Positions 36,043 to 47,400 of a stretch of 64,000 bases of DNA are shown one piece after another. Origin of the DNA: Macrostomum hystrix (lineage: Eukaryota; Animalia; Platyhelminthes); contig CATNEN010000002.1 in the NCBI GenBank assembly GCA_950097015.1, positions 9,176,001 through 9,240,000 of the forward strand, written 5' to 3'. Below the pieces are notes generated by a model. The model was given only the letters and a program-made list of their open reading frames with translations. It ran no database searches and had not been told where the DNA came from. Position 1 is the stretch's first letter; each line of letters begins with the position of its first letter. Position numbers and translations under genes: made by a program.

Positions 36043-38362
36043 GTCGCTGATTTTAGTTAGAGAGTCATCTCTGAGCTCTATTAAGTTAGCAATTTAAAAT
36101 AACTTACGGCGTTTGAGTTCTATCTTCATTGAATCCCGAGAGACGAATCCGAGAGAGACAGCATCAGTCAGCCGTGATACCGAGAGCGATAGTCGCTAGG
36201 AGTTATAGCCTTCAAGACAAGAGACTGCAACACACCGCTAGACTACATTCAGACTACATCGACACGAGAGAGACGACAAAGCTTGAAGCGCTATATCAAG
36301 CATAGGAAAGCTCTCTGTAGGGGCTGTGAATCTGAATAATTCAGCAAAATCCCTAAAAGTTCAAAAAATGTTTGATAAAATTATAAAAACTAACAAAAAA
36401 AGTAGAACAGTTATGTACTCGTACAAAGCTACGGTATGATCTTCCTTAGAAGAGAAATATTCAGCAATTGGTGAAGCAACTCACCAAAGTCGCATTAATA
36501 GCGAGGGGCTACCAGGAAGTTGTTTTAAATAGGACTATAGTCGAATTATCATAAAAGGTGTACTCAGTTAAAGAATACAGGCAGCGCTGACCAGCATTAC
36601 CACATATTAAAACTTAGGCTCTAAAGGAGCTTTTGCAGGAGCCGGCCGACTCAACACAGGTAAAGGACCTGTCAAGTGATTTGCAGCATTAAAAGTACAC
36701 CGTATAGGGCTTTTCATTATTATAGCGCGCTTCAATAGGCTCAGTAGGGTAGCAGACCTTCTGAGGAGAGTTAAACTCTTGGCACTAAGGACTGAGCGGA
36801 CACAGAGGGGGCAAGAACTCACTTAGGCACTATACATTGCGTCTATCTGACCCGACTTCCCAGCAAACGCGACAGCCCGCCCATAGCGCTGTTGATCTGC
36901 TACACAGCGTGTCAGGGTAAGTATTTTTGCCCCCAACCTAGGTAGCCAATCCATGAGACAACCTCGAGGCATTTCTGAAAGCAAATTGAAATGCATAGCC
37001 CAACTAGCCGATAAAGCAGAAAGCGGAAAATTAAAAGGCCTATAATCATTAAAAGTGCATGTGTATAAAATGCTGCAACCATCTTATTTAGCCGAGCGCA
37101 CACTTACGATAAGCGCGACAAAAATGCACTTATTTATTTGTCTAAAGCAACAAAAAATGTTTTTACATATTGACAGCACCACCTGGCCGGAAACGTATCC
37201 GATACCTCTGCCCCTTTTCTCATATTTGAATTTCACTTAAAATTTTGTGAGATCTTAGATAGATCAGAGCACACACTGACAGAATACTTTGCTGAAGTCA
37301 AGCTGATTAAATACGCATCACTTACATTCATATCATTTGCGGCCAACTCCGCAAAGAACCAATAGACTTGAACATCAGCATATGAATAACGGAACTCTTG
37401 ACCAAGACATTCAAACAGGCACTAACAGAACTCCAGAACCCGGAGAACCTGAACAGCAACAACTGCCACAGCAGCCAGGAAACCAGTTAGAGAACGACGA
37501 CGACTGGGAAGACAACCACGAACATTCATCAGACTCGGACAACGAGGACAACGCAATGGAAGATCTCCAGAACCAAGTCCGCGAACTACAGCAACGTCTA
37601 GCCATGGCACACGGCAGGGACCTACCAGCCATTGCCCAGGCTCTCAAGCTATTGGCAAGAGACTACGAAATGAGACAGCCATTTATCAAATGGCTGACCG
37701 AATTTGAACTCCAGACAGCGACATTTGGCCTAACCGATGGAGAAAAGTGCCGCCTGCTACCACTCATGCTGTGCCCTAACGCCCGTAATCAATACGCGGG
37801 ACTCCCACAAGCTGTCCGAGAAGACGATGGACAGGTGCGAACGCAACTCCGAGAACTGTATGACACCAGAGCGATGGACGGCCCACGGCTGTACTCCAAC
37901 TCTCCATGAGGAAGATGCACCCAGGAGAGGACGTCAACAAGTTTATCGCCGATATCACACAACTGGTCGAGAACTCCGTGTTTCAAGAACCAGCTCCGGA
38001 GGGCGAGAATGAGCACGACAGGGGCGCCAGAATCAACCGCAACAAGCGCATCGTCCAGGACCACATTATGCTGCACGCTGTCGCTGATTTTAGTTAGAGA
38101 GTCATCTCTGAGCTCTATTAAGTTAGCAATTTAAAACAACTTACGGCGTTTGAGTTCTTGAGACTACATCAGTCAGCCGTGATACTGAGAGCGATAGTCG
38201 CTAGGAGTTATAGCCTTCAAGACAAGAGACTGCAACACACCGCTAGACTACATTTAGACTACATCGACACGAGAGAGACAACAAAGCTTGAAGCGCTATA
38301 TCAAGCATAGGAAAGCTCTCTGCAGGGGCTGTGAATCTAAATAATTCAGCAAGATCCCTAAA
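36043..38362 (+). mobile_element. Gag-only retroelement derivative bounded by ~300-bp direct repeats (36043-36357 and 38080-38362); the LTR-like region may extend left to ~35389
   Basis: Near-identical direct repeats (GTCGCTGATTTTAGTTAGAGAGTC...CCCTAAA) and a TATA-like TATATAAG at 36008. No canonical TG...CA ends, PBS or TSD identified. Confidence 0.7.
37337..38097 (+). pseudogene. Truncated, frameshifted Ty3/Gypsy-type gag
   Basis: PFIKWLTEFELQ...LTDGEKCRLLPLML...ARNQYAGLP, then in another frame RKMHPGEDVNKFIADITQLV, resembling retrotransposon Gag capsid motifs. Ends by running into the second direct repeat. Confidence 0.65.
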
Positions 38363-39504
38363 GCTGTGAAAGCTTTAGCTGGCTAAACTATGTTAGAGCA
38401 GCTTGAAGACTTTGGAGGATACTTTGAGAGGCTCAAACACTTTTTGTTTTAATTTGCTGTGAAAGTTTTTTATTCAAGCGAACTTGATTTAGTTGATGTA
38501 TACTACTTATTCGTGCATGCGGGTCAGTAGTATGAAGTTTCAAGATAGTTTAAAGAGTTTTTCATCGATTTATTATTTTTTTTTTAAGCTAAAAACCAAG
38601 GAATAGTTAGTAAAACGTAAGCATGTATTTTGTGCCATCAAAAAACTTTTTACTTCGAATTTTAAAAGGACATCGAACTAGGCTTAAAATGGTTGGATGC
38701 TCAACAAATAAATAGGCTAATAATTCTAAAACGAGCTAAGCATCAGCGAGGCTATCAAATTGTGAGCCAAATCGAGCAGTTAGCATCTGTGCCTGATAGG
38801 AAAATAGAGCAAGTTGCCCACCAATCAAATAAAGGAGCTAAAAATGGATCGATAACAAAAACAGCAAAATGTGCTTTAGAACAAAGCCTAACAATTTAAC
38901 AAGCTAAGTTAACAAAACAAAGTAATTGAAATGTTCTAACAATAATAAAATAAAAGCAAATTGATTTCACTACTAATGCGTGTACACAATGTACTTTTGA
39001 ATCTTACCGAGTGTTTATGGAGCGAGCAGCAATTTAGGCTACTATTATTTGAACAAAAATAATCAAGTCTAATGGCAATGCACTCATTCAATACACGACA
39101 AAACTCCATATTGGCTACTGATGCAATAAGAAAAATAAACAAAAAATCACATCGTTGACTTTAGAGGAGTGAGCAGAGATAGAGCACGAAAAGTACTGAT
39201 TAGAAAAAATCAAAGGAAAACTGCTCAGATTAAAGTACGAGTCGCTAAAAGAGTAAAGTTATGCATCAGAAAAAAAGAAAAAATCTACAAAAATGGTGTC
39301 TAGAAAAGTCTGGAAACTGCGGTGTGAAAATCCATTCTAAGCATTCTGGCGCAGCACAAAAGTACACACTGGACTTGCATCAGCACTCAATGATATTTGT
39401 TACGGGACTCAGACTAGCTCATGCAAATAAGATCGATCGATTATTTTTTGTGATTGTGACTAAACGCAAAACAATTATACAGACCATAGAATTGAAGAAT
39501 GCAC

Positions 39505-39850
39505 ACCCACCCCACGCCGGCCAGCCTAGAAAGCGCCGCGAATAAAACAAAACTTTATCTTTCATTCCCTTGCCCCTCCCCAAAAACCCACCCCACGCCG
39601 GCCAGCCTAGAAAGCGCCGCGAATAAAACAAAACTTTATCTTTCATTTCCTTGCCCCTCCCCAAAAACCCACCCCACGCCGGCCAGCCTAGAAAGCGCCG
39701 CGAATAAAACAAAACTTTATCTTTCATTCCCTTGCCCCTCCCCAAAAAACCCACCCCACGCCGGCCAGCCTAGAAAGCGCCGCAAATAACACGGCTTTAT
39801 CTTTCCCTCTCTGCCCCAAAAAACACCCACCCCACGCAGGCCAGTCTAAA
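39505..39850. repeat. 81-bp tandem repeat (~4 copies)
   Basis: CCCACCCCACGCCGGCCAGCCTAGAAAGCGCCGCGAATAAAACAAAACTTTATC... recurring; 27-aa periodicity in the ORF track. Confidence 0.9.
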
Positions 39851-40669
39851 AATTCCTGTACATGCACATGCCTTAGCATGATTATGAGTGTACATGCTGT
39901 CAATGTCAGAAAAATATAATTTCTAATAATTTCTATAAAAAACGGTGCAAGGCTATCATGGCTTATTCGCAAAAATAAACGGAAGCTAAAGTTTAAGCGT
40001 GACAAAAAAAAACTGACGAAATTTTCCAGTTGTCATCATTGTGAAATGTCTTGTTATTTTGTTTTACTATTTATCTAGGTAAGGCAGAAAGGGCGAAAAA
40101 GCTAGAAAATATTTAGCTTGTTGATGCAGACAGATTTGCCTGCAGCACATCTGATTTGACTTCGGCCACGTTTAGGACAATTCGTTTCAATTCAATGTTC
40201 AGCAAGAAAATATGACAGTAGAGCACAAAAAAGAAAATAGCAATGAGCAGTCGTTTGAAACGATGCGACAGCGAAAGTGATCCCACCTGGGAGCATTTAA
40301 TTTGGGAAAAAAGTTTATTACAAAGGCCTGATAGTTGACAAAAATCCACCACAGTTTCCATTAAAATATTGATAAGATTGTAAATTTTGGGTATGAGTCT
40401 CAGAAAAAATCTACCTGTGACTTTCTTTGTAAAAGTTGGAGCCTTGATTTTTGTGCCTTCTACGGGAAAATCAGCAAGGATAACAACAAAAAAGTTGTAG
40501 AAGCAGCAATTAAGCAGCAAACCAATTAAAACAAAAGGCAACTGCAAACTCGGCTTTGGATGAAACACTTCATGCCAGTTGGGATTCGAAAGAATGGGAG
40601 ATAACAAAGCTTGTCTGGTGGCTCCTTCATTTACAAGTTAGGAATTCGCTGTTTCGCAGTCTGCGGACA

Positions 40670-41372
40670 GCACTGACCCAGCAGCCAACCAGCACTCTGA
40701 CCCAGCAGCCAATCAGCACTGACCCAGCAGCCAATCAGCACTGACCCAGCAGCCAACCAGCACTGACCCAGCAGCCAATCAGCACTCTGACCCAGCAGCC
40801 AACCAGCACTGACCCAGCAGCCAACCAGCACTCTGACCCAGCAGCCAACCAGCACTGACCCAGCAGCCAACCAGCACTCTGACCCAGCAGCCAACCAGCA
40901 CTGACCCAGCTGCCAATCAGCACTGATCCAGCAGCCAGCCAGCACTGACCTAGCAGCTAATCAGCACTGACCCAGCAGCCAGCCAGCACTGACCTAGCAG
41001 CTAATCAGCACTGACCCAGCAGCCAACCAGCACTGACCTAGCAGCCAACCAGCACTGACCCAGCTGCCAATCAGCACTGACCCAGCAGCCAACCAGCACT
41101 GACCCAGCTGCCAATCAGCACTGACCCAGCAGCCAACCAGCACTGACCCAGCTGCCAATCAGCACTGACCTAGCAGCCAGCCAGCAATGACCTAGCAGCT
41201 AATCAGCACTGACCTAGCAGCCAGCCAGCAATGACCTAGCAGCTAATCAGCACTGACCTAGCAGCCAGCCAGCACTGACCCAGCTGCCAATCAGCACTGA
41301 TCCAGCAGCCAGCCAGCACTGACCTAGCAGCTAATCAGCACTGACCCAGCAGCCAGCCAGCACTGACCCAGG
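40670..41372. repeat. 22-24-bp minisatellite (CACTGACCCAGCAGCCAACCAG)
   Basis: Directly visible, just 3' of the CNNM stop codon. Confidence 0.92.
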
Positions 41373-41435
41373 AAAAATCAATTTGTAGTCGAATGCTATG
41401 CAAAGGCCGCCAGACAAGTTGGACGCGGGCATTGC

Positions 41436-44400
41436 TCAAGCGCTCACTCCCCCATTAATCAATGGTGAATCATCGTCTGTAGAGGCGGCAGCGCCTTCAG
41501 CCACAGTCGGAGCCGGAGGAGAAGCGTCGACCACCACGACAGTGTCGTTACCGGCCTCGCAATCTGTGTCGGCGTCGGCGGAAGCTGATGAGGTGGCCGC
41601 AGCAGCAGCTGTCAGAGCAGCAACGGCGGCAGCGGCGGCGGCCCTGGCCGAGGCCTCGTTGGTCGGAGAAGCGGCTGCGCTGTGCACGAAGGGGCTGCTC
41701 AGAGAGAAGCGCGACGGTCGCTTGCCGCCAGCCGCCGGCCGACCCAGCTGCCGCGGAAAGTAGGCGGCGAACAGCGCCGAGAGCATCTCGTCCAGCTCCG
41801 AGCCGGAGATCTCGCGACCGGACGCAGCTTCCTCCTGCCTGATGGTATCCGAGATGCGCAGCAGGGAGGCGTACTGGGTCTGTGTGACCTTGAGGTACTG
41901 CATGTTCTGCTTGGCCCTGGCTGTGTAGTCCGGCACGAACTGCGGCAGGCGGCGCAGCTCGGCCTGGTCCGCCAGCCGCTCCGGGTGCTGGCGGTGCAGC
42001 TCGCGCACCACTGTGGGCGGATTGGGGTTGGAAACTTTTCCTCAATTTCGATACATATCGGCCTGTTTCTGAATAGCACGTGATTTAATCGATCTAACAA
42101 AAAATATTCTATGCATTTCGTAATTCTCGAAAGGTACGCAGAATTCTACTCGCATTTACGATGCAAATTTATATACATATTGGCTGTACTGCTCTTTAAA
42201 ACATATTTCACAACATATCGGCGATGCCCCGTATTTTACAATTTTCGATGTATTTACAATAACAATGCACTACAATAAAATGTTGGACACAGATAAATTA
42301 CTTTTAAAAGAAAATTTGTTACTCTACTCATACAAGTAGACAAGTTAGTTTTTAATAACTGTTCTAAGTTTAGAATAGTTGCAAAGACAAAATAGTTTTT
42401 TTACTAGGCGTAATTAACTTCAGCTTTGCTGCCCCTACGAGCGCATTGAAACTAGCAAAAGTACAATTCAGAGTGTGAGAGACAGGTAAAGAGTGGAAAG
42501 TCTTTGCTAATGACTAGTTCACCAGTGTAGGTTGGGAAAATAGGTTTGAAGTTTGCTGATCCCCAATTAAGTGCATGCATTCCAGGTTGCACCGTTAAAT
42601 CAGGTATGAAAATGTTATTGCAGAACCGCTGGGAACTGGTTTGTAGCCAAGTTGTTAGAGCCTCAGATATCTGACCGAAGGCCCAAGAGAAACACCCGGT
42701 GTCTTCAAGCAAGACAAAATTAATAATAATAGTCATCATCATTGCTAGAGAGCTGCGGGCAATGGCACCTCATTTAGTGACAGTAGAGCCACAGCCACAT
42801 ACCGTACGAAGGCACACGCTCACGCAAGTGTGTACATCTCCCCTGACTCTCTCATCGTCCGGCAGTGTACACTCTCACTGTGCCTTGGAAGTCGGCCCTC
42901 AAGAGCGTAAATTGCACGACAAGCCCCCAAAGCCTTCTCCGCGCGGCTGCGCCCCAATTTAATGTGGCCTCGCCGCAGAATCGAGTTCAGGGACTTTGGT
43001 GCGAGAGGCAAAACACGTTAACCGCTCTGCCATTCCCCCTTCAATGCAAGGAAAATTTACCCATTGCGCTAAAAATTCATGGGTGAATGGGGGTTGCAGC
43101 CTATATAGTACACAGCCTTTGGAAACGCGGCGCAATAGCTGCGTCTGTGCCACTGGCTGTTCATCGTGTCCAACTGTGCATCTTGGACTAGGTAAAATAC
43201 GCTTATCGACTGAATAGCGGCAAATCGAGTCCACTTTGAGTTGTTCGTGGCGCCATCGGGTGAAAAGCACTACAGAAACTACCAATGCCAGACAGACCGC
43301 TGCAGGCTTGCAGAAGTGCTTGACAACTTCAGGACACGCGCGGTAACACCGAAACTGGAGGTGAGAGGGATGAAGAGGCCGCTCCGCTCTGTGTGGGTTC
43401 TATTTTTAGCATTCAGAGATCGGAAAAGAACAGGGCGCATTAACTTTTCTGTGGCTAAAGCATTTCGGGTTTTGCTGATGCTTTTTGGCAGCCCTTCTCC
43501 TCATCAAGCACATCTGCTCGAGCCCAGGCCGCGCATCTATCCGAAGTGGAGTAAAAAGAGCCTCAGCCTTCACAGGCTTCCAAATCCCACGGATTCGAGT
43601 TCCGTATCTCTACTAGAAGCAATATCTCCAGTCTCCTGGCCAGGCGAAAATGTTTGGTCGATATACAAGTCCGCCCCAATGTGCACCGCGGATTTGCTGC
43701 AGATCGATGAGTCACAGTCACGGCGCACAGTGCGGGGAGAGAGAATGAGAGAAACAGCAGAGCACTGCTCAGCTGAGAGACGCCTTGTAGGAGGAGGAGT
43801 GGCGCAGCTGTGAGCTCTCGCTGTCTGTGAGCTTGGCCGCACACACCGGATGGCGCAAAGATCCGCAGACATCGACTGTGAACCCCGACTGAACGAATGA
43901 CTCCGTCGCGTTTTCTCAATGAAGTGTTGAAAATGGTTCAAGTTCCAGGACAGTTGCAGATGTGAAGTAAGAGGCTGTGCAGGCATGTACTCAGACCAGA
44001 CAAAGGAAAATGAAGTAGGTAACCTGGGGCGGCTGGGCTGGTGCTGAAATTTTTACATCGCAGAAAAGTCCAGATCCCATTGATGTTGGGACAGGCTGGG
44101 CCTATAGCCGGGAAGTTGAGCTGAGCACAATGCTTGGCTCTACAGCAGCTCTCAACCCCTCTGCATCCAGCCGCTCAATATGAGACTGTGCAAACTCCCC
44201 TGTGTGAGCAACCAGATAGCTATCTGAGCACTGAGCACAAACCACACCCACTGAGTCCACATCGAAGTCGACAGCATGGCGGAGCAGAGCCGCTAGCCAT
44301 GCAGACCCCATCAGCAGGGGAATATCTATAAAAACCCAGGCTTACCATGGCCGAGAAACACGACCCACCGGGCACCAAAGTCTGCAAGCAGCTAGCCAAG

Positions 44401-47400
44401 GCCATTGTGAAGCGCATTAATATTTTTCTCACTCGATTTCTCATAGTCAGAAGAAGCAAACAAGATAGATAGCTTAGGCTGATCATTAGGCAGATTATTA
44501 GGCAGATCGTTAGGTAGATCAAACACATTAGCTGTTGAAAGCGAGGAACCTATTTAACGATGGACTTTCAGTTCTAGCTAATAAATCAATGCGTCTCGAT
44601 TGTGAGCTGCAGTCAATCTCTTATCAATGAGTCGATGCGAGCTCGGAATAAAAGGCAGGTGATTGTGTGGGTGTGCAGGGTAGGAAAGCCGGATGAAGTC
44701 ACCGATTAGCGCTATCAAATTCCTGCATGAGGAGCCGCGGAGTCGAAAGCGGGGCTTATGTCGCGGCTCAAATATTTCGACAGCAAAAAAGCAGCAAAAT
44801 CAAAAAGAGGGCATTGTTGCGCAAAAGATGAATGAGAAGCCACAGCGAGACACCTGAGAACAGTCAATAATCATGCGACCAGCCATGCAATATAAGCAGT
44901 CCATCTGAGCAATTTCATTGAACCTAAAAGAACATTCTCTTCTTTGTTTTTCTCATTCATTCTCCCACAGCCTGGCTCAGTTTATTGTGGTCGATGTGCA
45001 CGGGGAAATCGATTACGATCCTAGAAGCCGTTTCAGTCCTGAACAATTTCATTTGTACTTTTGCACAGAGTACTTTTGCCAAGTGATGTACCTTAAGCTA
45101 TTTAGGCTGCTGCTGTTTCTAATGTCGGTTTTTTTCTTTGCAAGATAATTTAATCTCCTCGTCTGCAGGACAGGACCATTGTGGACCGAGGCCTGATTAG
45201 CATTCTACTTGACCTACTTAAGTATTCAGTGAGTTTTATGGCCTCCAAAATAGTCTGCTCATCTTATTTTGCACCCGAGAGAGATTATGCGACACAGTCA
45301 TGCAGTCAGCGAAAGTTTTAACCTGCGCACTAATACGCGTTAGAAATTTATGAGCCCGCAAATTCACTGCTCACCACTGAGTGCCTTGCCACCTAGCAGA
45401 GTGAACACGGTGGCCTCGAATTCCAAATTCTCGACGCCGATGCCGAGCACGGCGCGGCCTTCGAGCAGGAAGCAGCCAAAGTCTGCCGGCTCGTTGCGCC
45501 TGTAGATGGCATTCCGGTCCTCGTCTCCATAGCTGTGGATGCGTGTTTGAAGAGGCGGTGGGGCTGTGCAAATGGGCCAGTTCTGGCTATGGCGAATGAT
45601 CGGAGGACTTGATGGATTTGGAATGCGTGGTTGTGTGAAATGGACCAATTGATAAATAGCTCGCTATTACTGCGGAACTCCTCCTTCGGAGGACTTGATG
45701 GATTTGGAATGCGTGGTTGTGTGAAATGGACCAATTGATAAATAGCTCGCTATTACTGCGGAACTCCTCCTTCGGAGGACTTGATGGATTTGGAATGCGA
45801 GGTTGTGTGAAATGGACCAATTGATAAATAGCTCGCTATTACTGCGGAACTCCTCCTTCGGAGGACTTGATGGATTTGGAATGCGAGGTTGTGTGAAATG
45901 GACCAATTGATAAATAGCTCGCTATTACTGCGGAACTCCTCCTTCGGAGGACTTGATGGATTTGGAATGCGTGGTTGTGTGAAATGGACCAATTGATAAA
46001 TAGCTCGCTATTACTGCGGAACTCCTCCTTCGGAGGACTTGATGGATTTGGAATGCGAGGTTGTGTGAAATGGACCAATTGATAAATAGCTCGCTATTAC
46101 TGCCGAACTCCTCCTTCGGAGGACTTGATGGATTTGGAATGCGAGGTTGTGTGAAATGGACCAATTTATAAATAGCTCGCTATTACTGCCGAACTCCTCC
46201 TTCGGAGGACTTGATGGATTTGGAATGCGAGGTTGTGTGAAATGGACCAATTTATAAATAGCTCGCTATTACTGCCGAACTCCTCCTTCGGAGGACTTGA
46301 TGGATTTGGAATGCGAGGTTGTGTGAAATGGACCAATTTATAAATAACTCGCTATTACTGCGGAACTGTTATGTTAACGAAATGACGCTCGTACAAAAAT
46401 GAAGATATATCATTTGAACTCCAGCTCTTAAAAGGCAGGGGCCACAGAAGGTAATTATTATGATTGCATCAAGAAGCAGATAGTCTAAACTGAGCCATAA
46501 AATTCAGCAGAACAGTACTAAAATCATTTTTTGCTTTTTGGGCTTTCTAAGGCGATTAGGCAGCAACAAAGCGTGTACTCTCAAAGCAAAATTTGATCAG
46601 CAAAAAGGGCTTGAGTCATGGATTATTCCAACATTTTGTCATTGTCATTCTTTGTAGCCAAGCCAAGAGTCCAAAGGCGCATTCATGCCTTTGGGTTATT
46701 CTAAATGAAATTCGCTTGACAGGTAGCCAGCACTCACACAAACATGTGCCGAACCAGGATCTTCTCCTCAAACATGCGCAGCAGCACCGGCTCCAAAAGT
46801 GCATTTCGACCGAATAAGTCGCTGTGCTCTAAAATTGATGTTTGGAAATATTCAATGCGATTAAGTGCTTTTCTTTCAGACCGACTGCCTATTAGCTGGG
46901 GCGTTTACCTTTTGTTTTGGTGTGTTAATTAACTTTTATATGCTTCCCATTTTTCCTATTATTCCATTTGTCAACTTGTTCTACAGGTGTCTATCCTTAA
47001 AGCAGGGTGTCTACCTGTTATGCATGTGTCTTACCTGTCAAGCATGTATATTTCCTGTTATGCATGTATCTTATCTGTTATGCAGGGTGTCTACCTGCTA
47101 TGCAGGGTGTCTACCTGTTATGCAGCGTGTCTCCCTGCTATGCAGGGTGTCTACCTGTTATGCAGCGTGTCTCCCTGTTATGCAGGGTGTCTACCTGCTA
47201 TGCAGCGTGTCTACCTGCTATGCAGCGTGTCTCCCTGTTATGCAGGGTGTCTACCTGTAACTGTATCTACTATAATTGAATGAAGCAGAGTTTGTAAGGC
47301 CATAGATTATAAGACTGCCAGAACGCTTACAACAGCCCCAATACTGTCTTACGCATAGCCAAATTCTGCGACGCAGCCATTCTGAGTTGAGCAGGAATTT

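Noticed and set aside
45666-45682. TTACTGCGGAACTC faintly like a flatworm spliced-leader sequence as I remember it
   Set aside because: Only a short partial match, with no terminal ATG|GT donor or Sm site. ATATTGCATG at ~22295-22304 (minus) is likewise too short.
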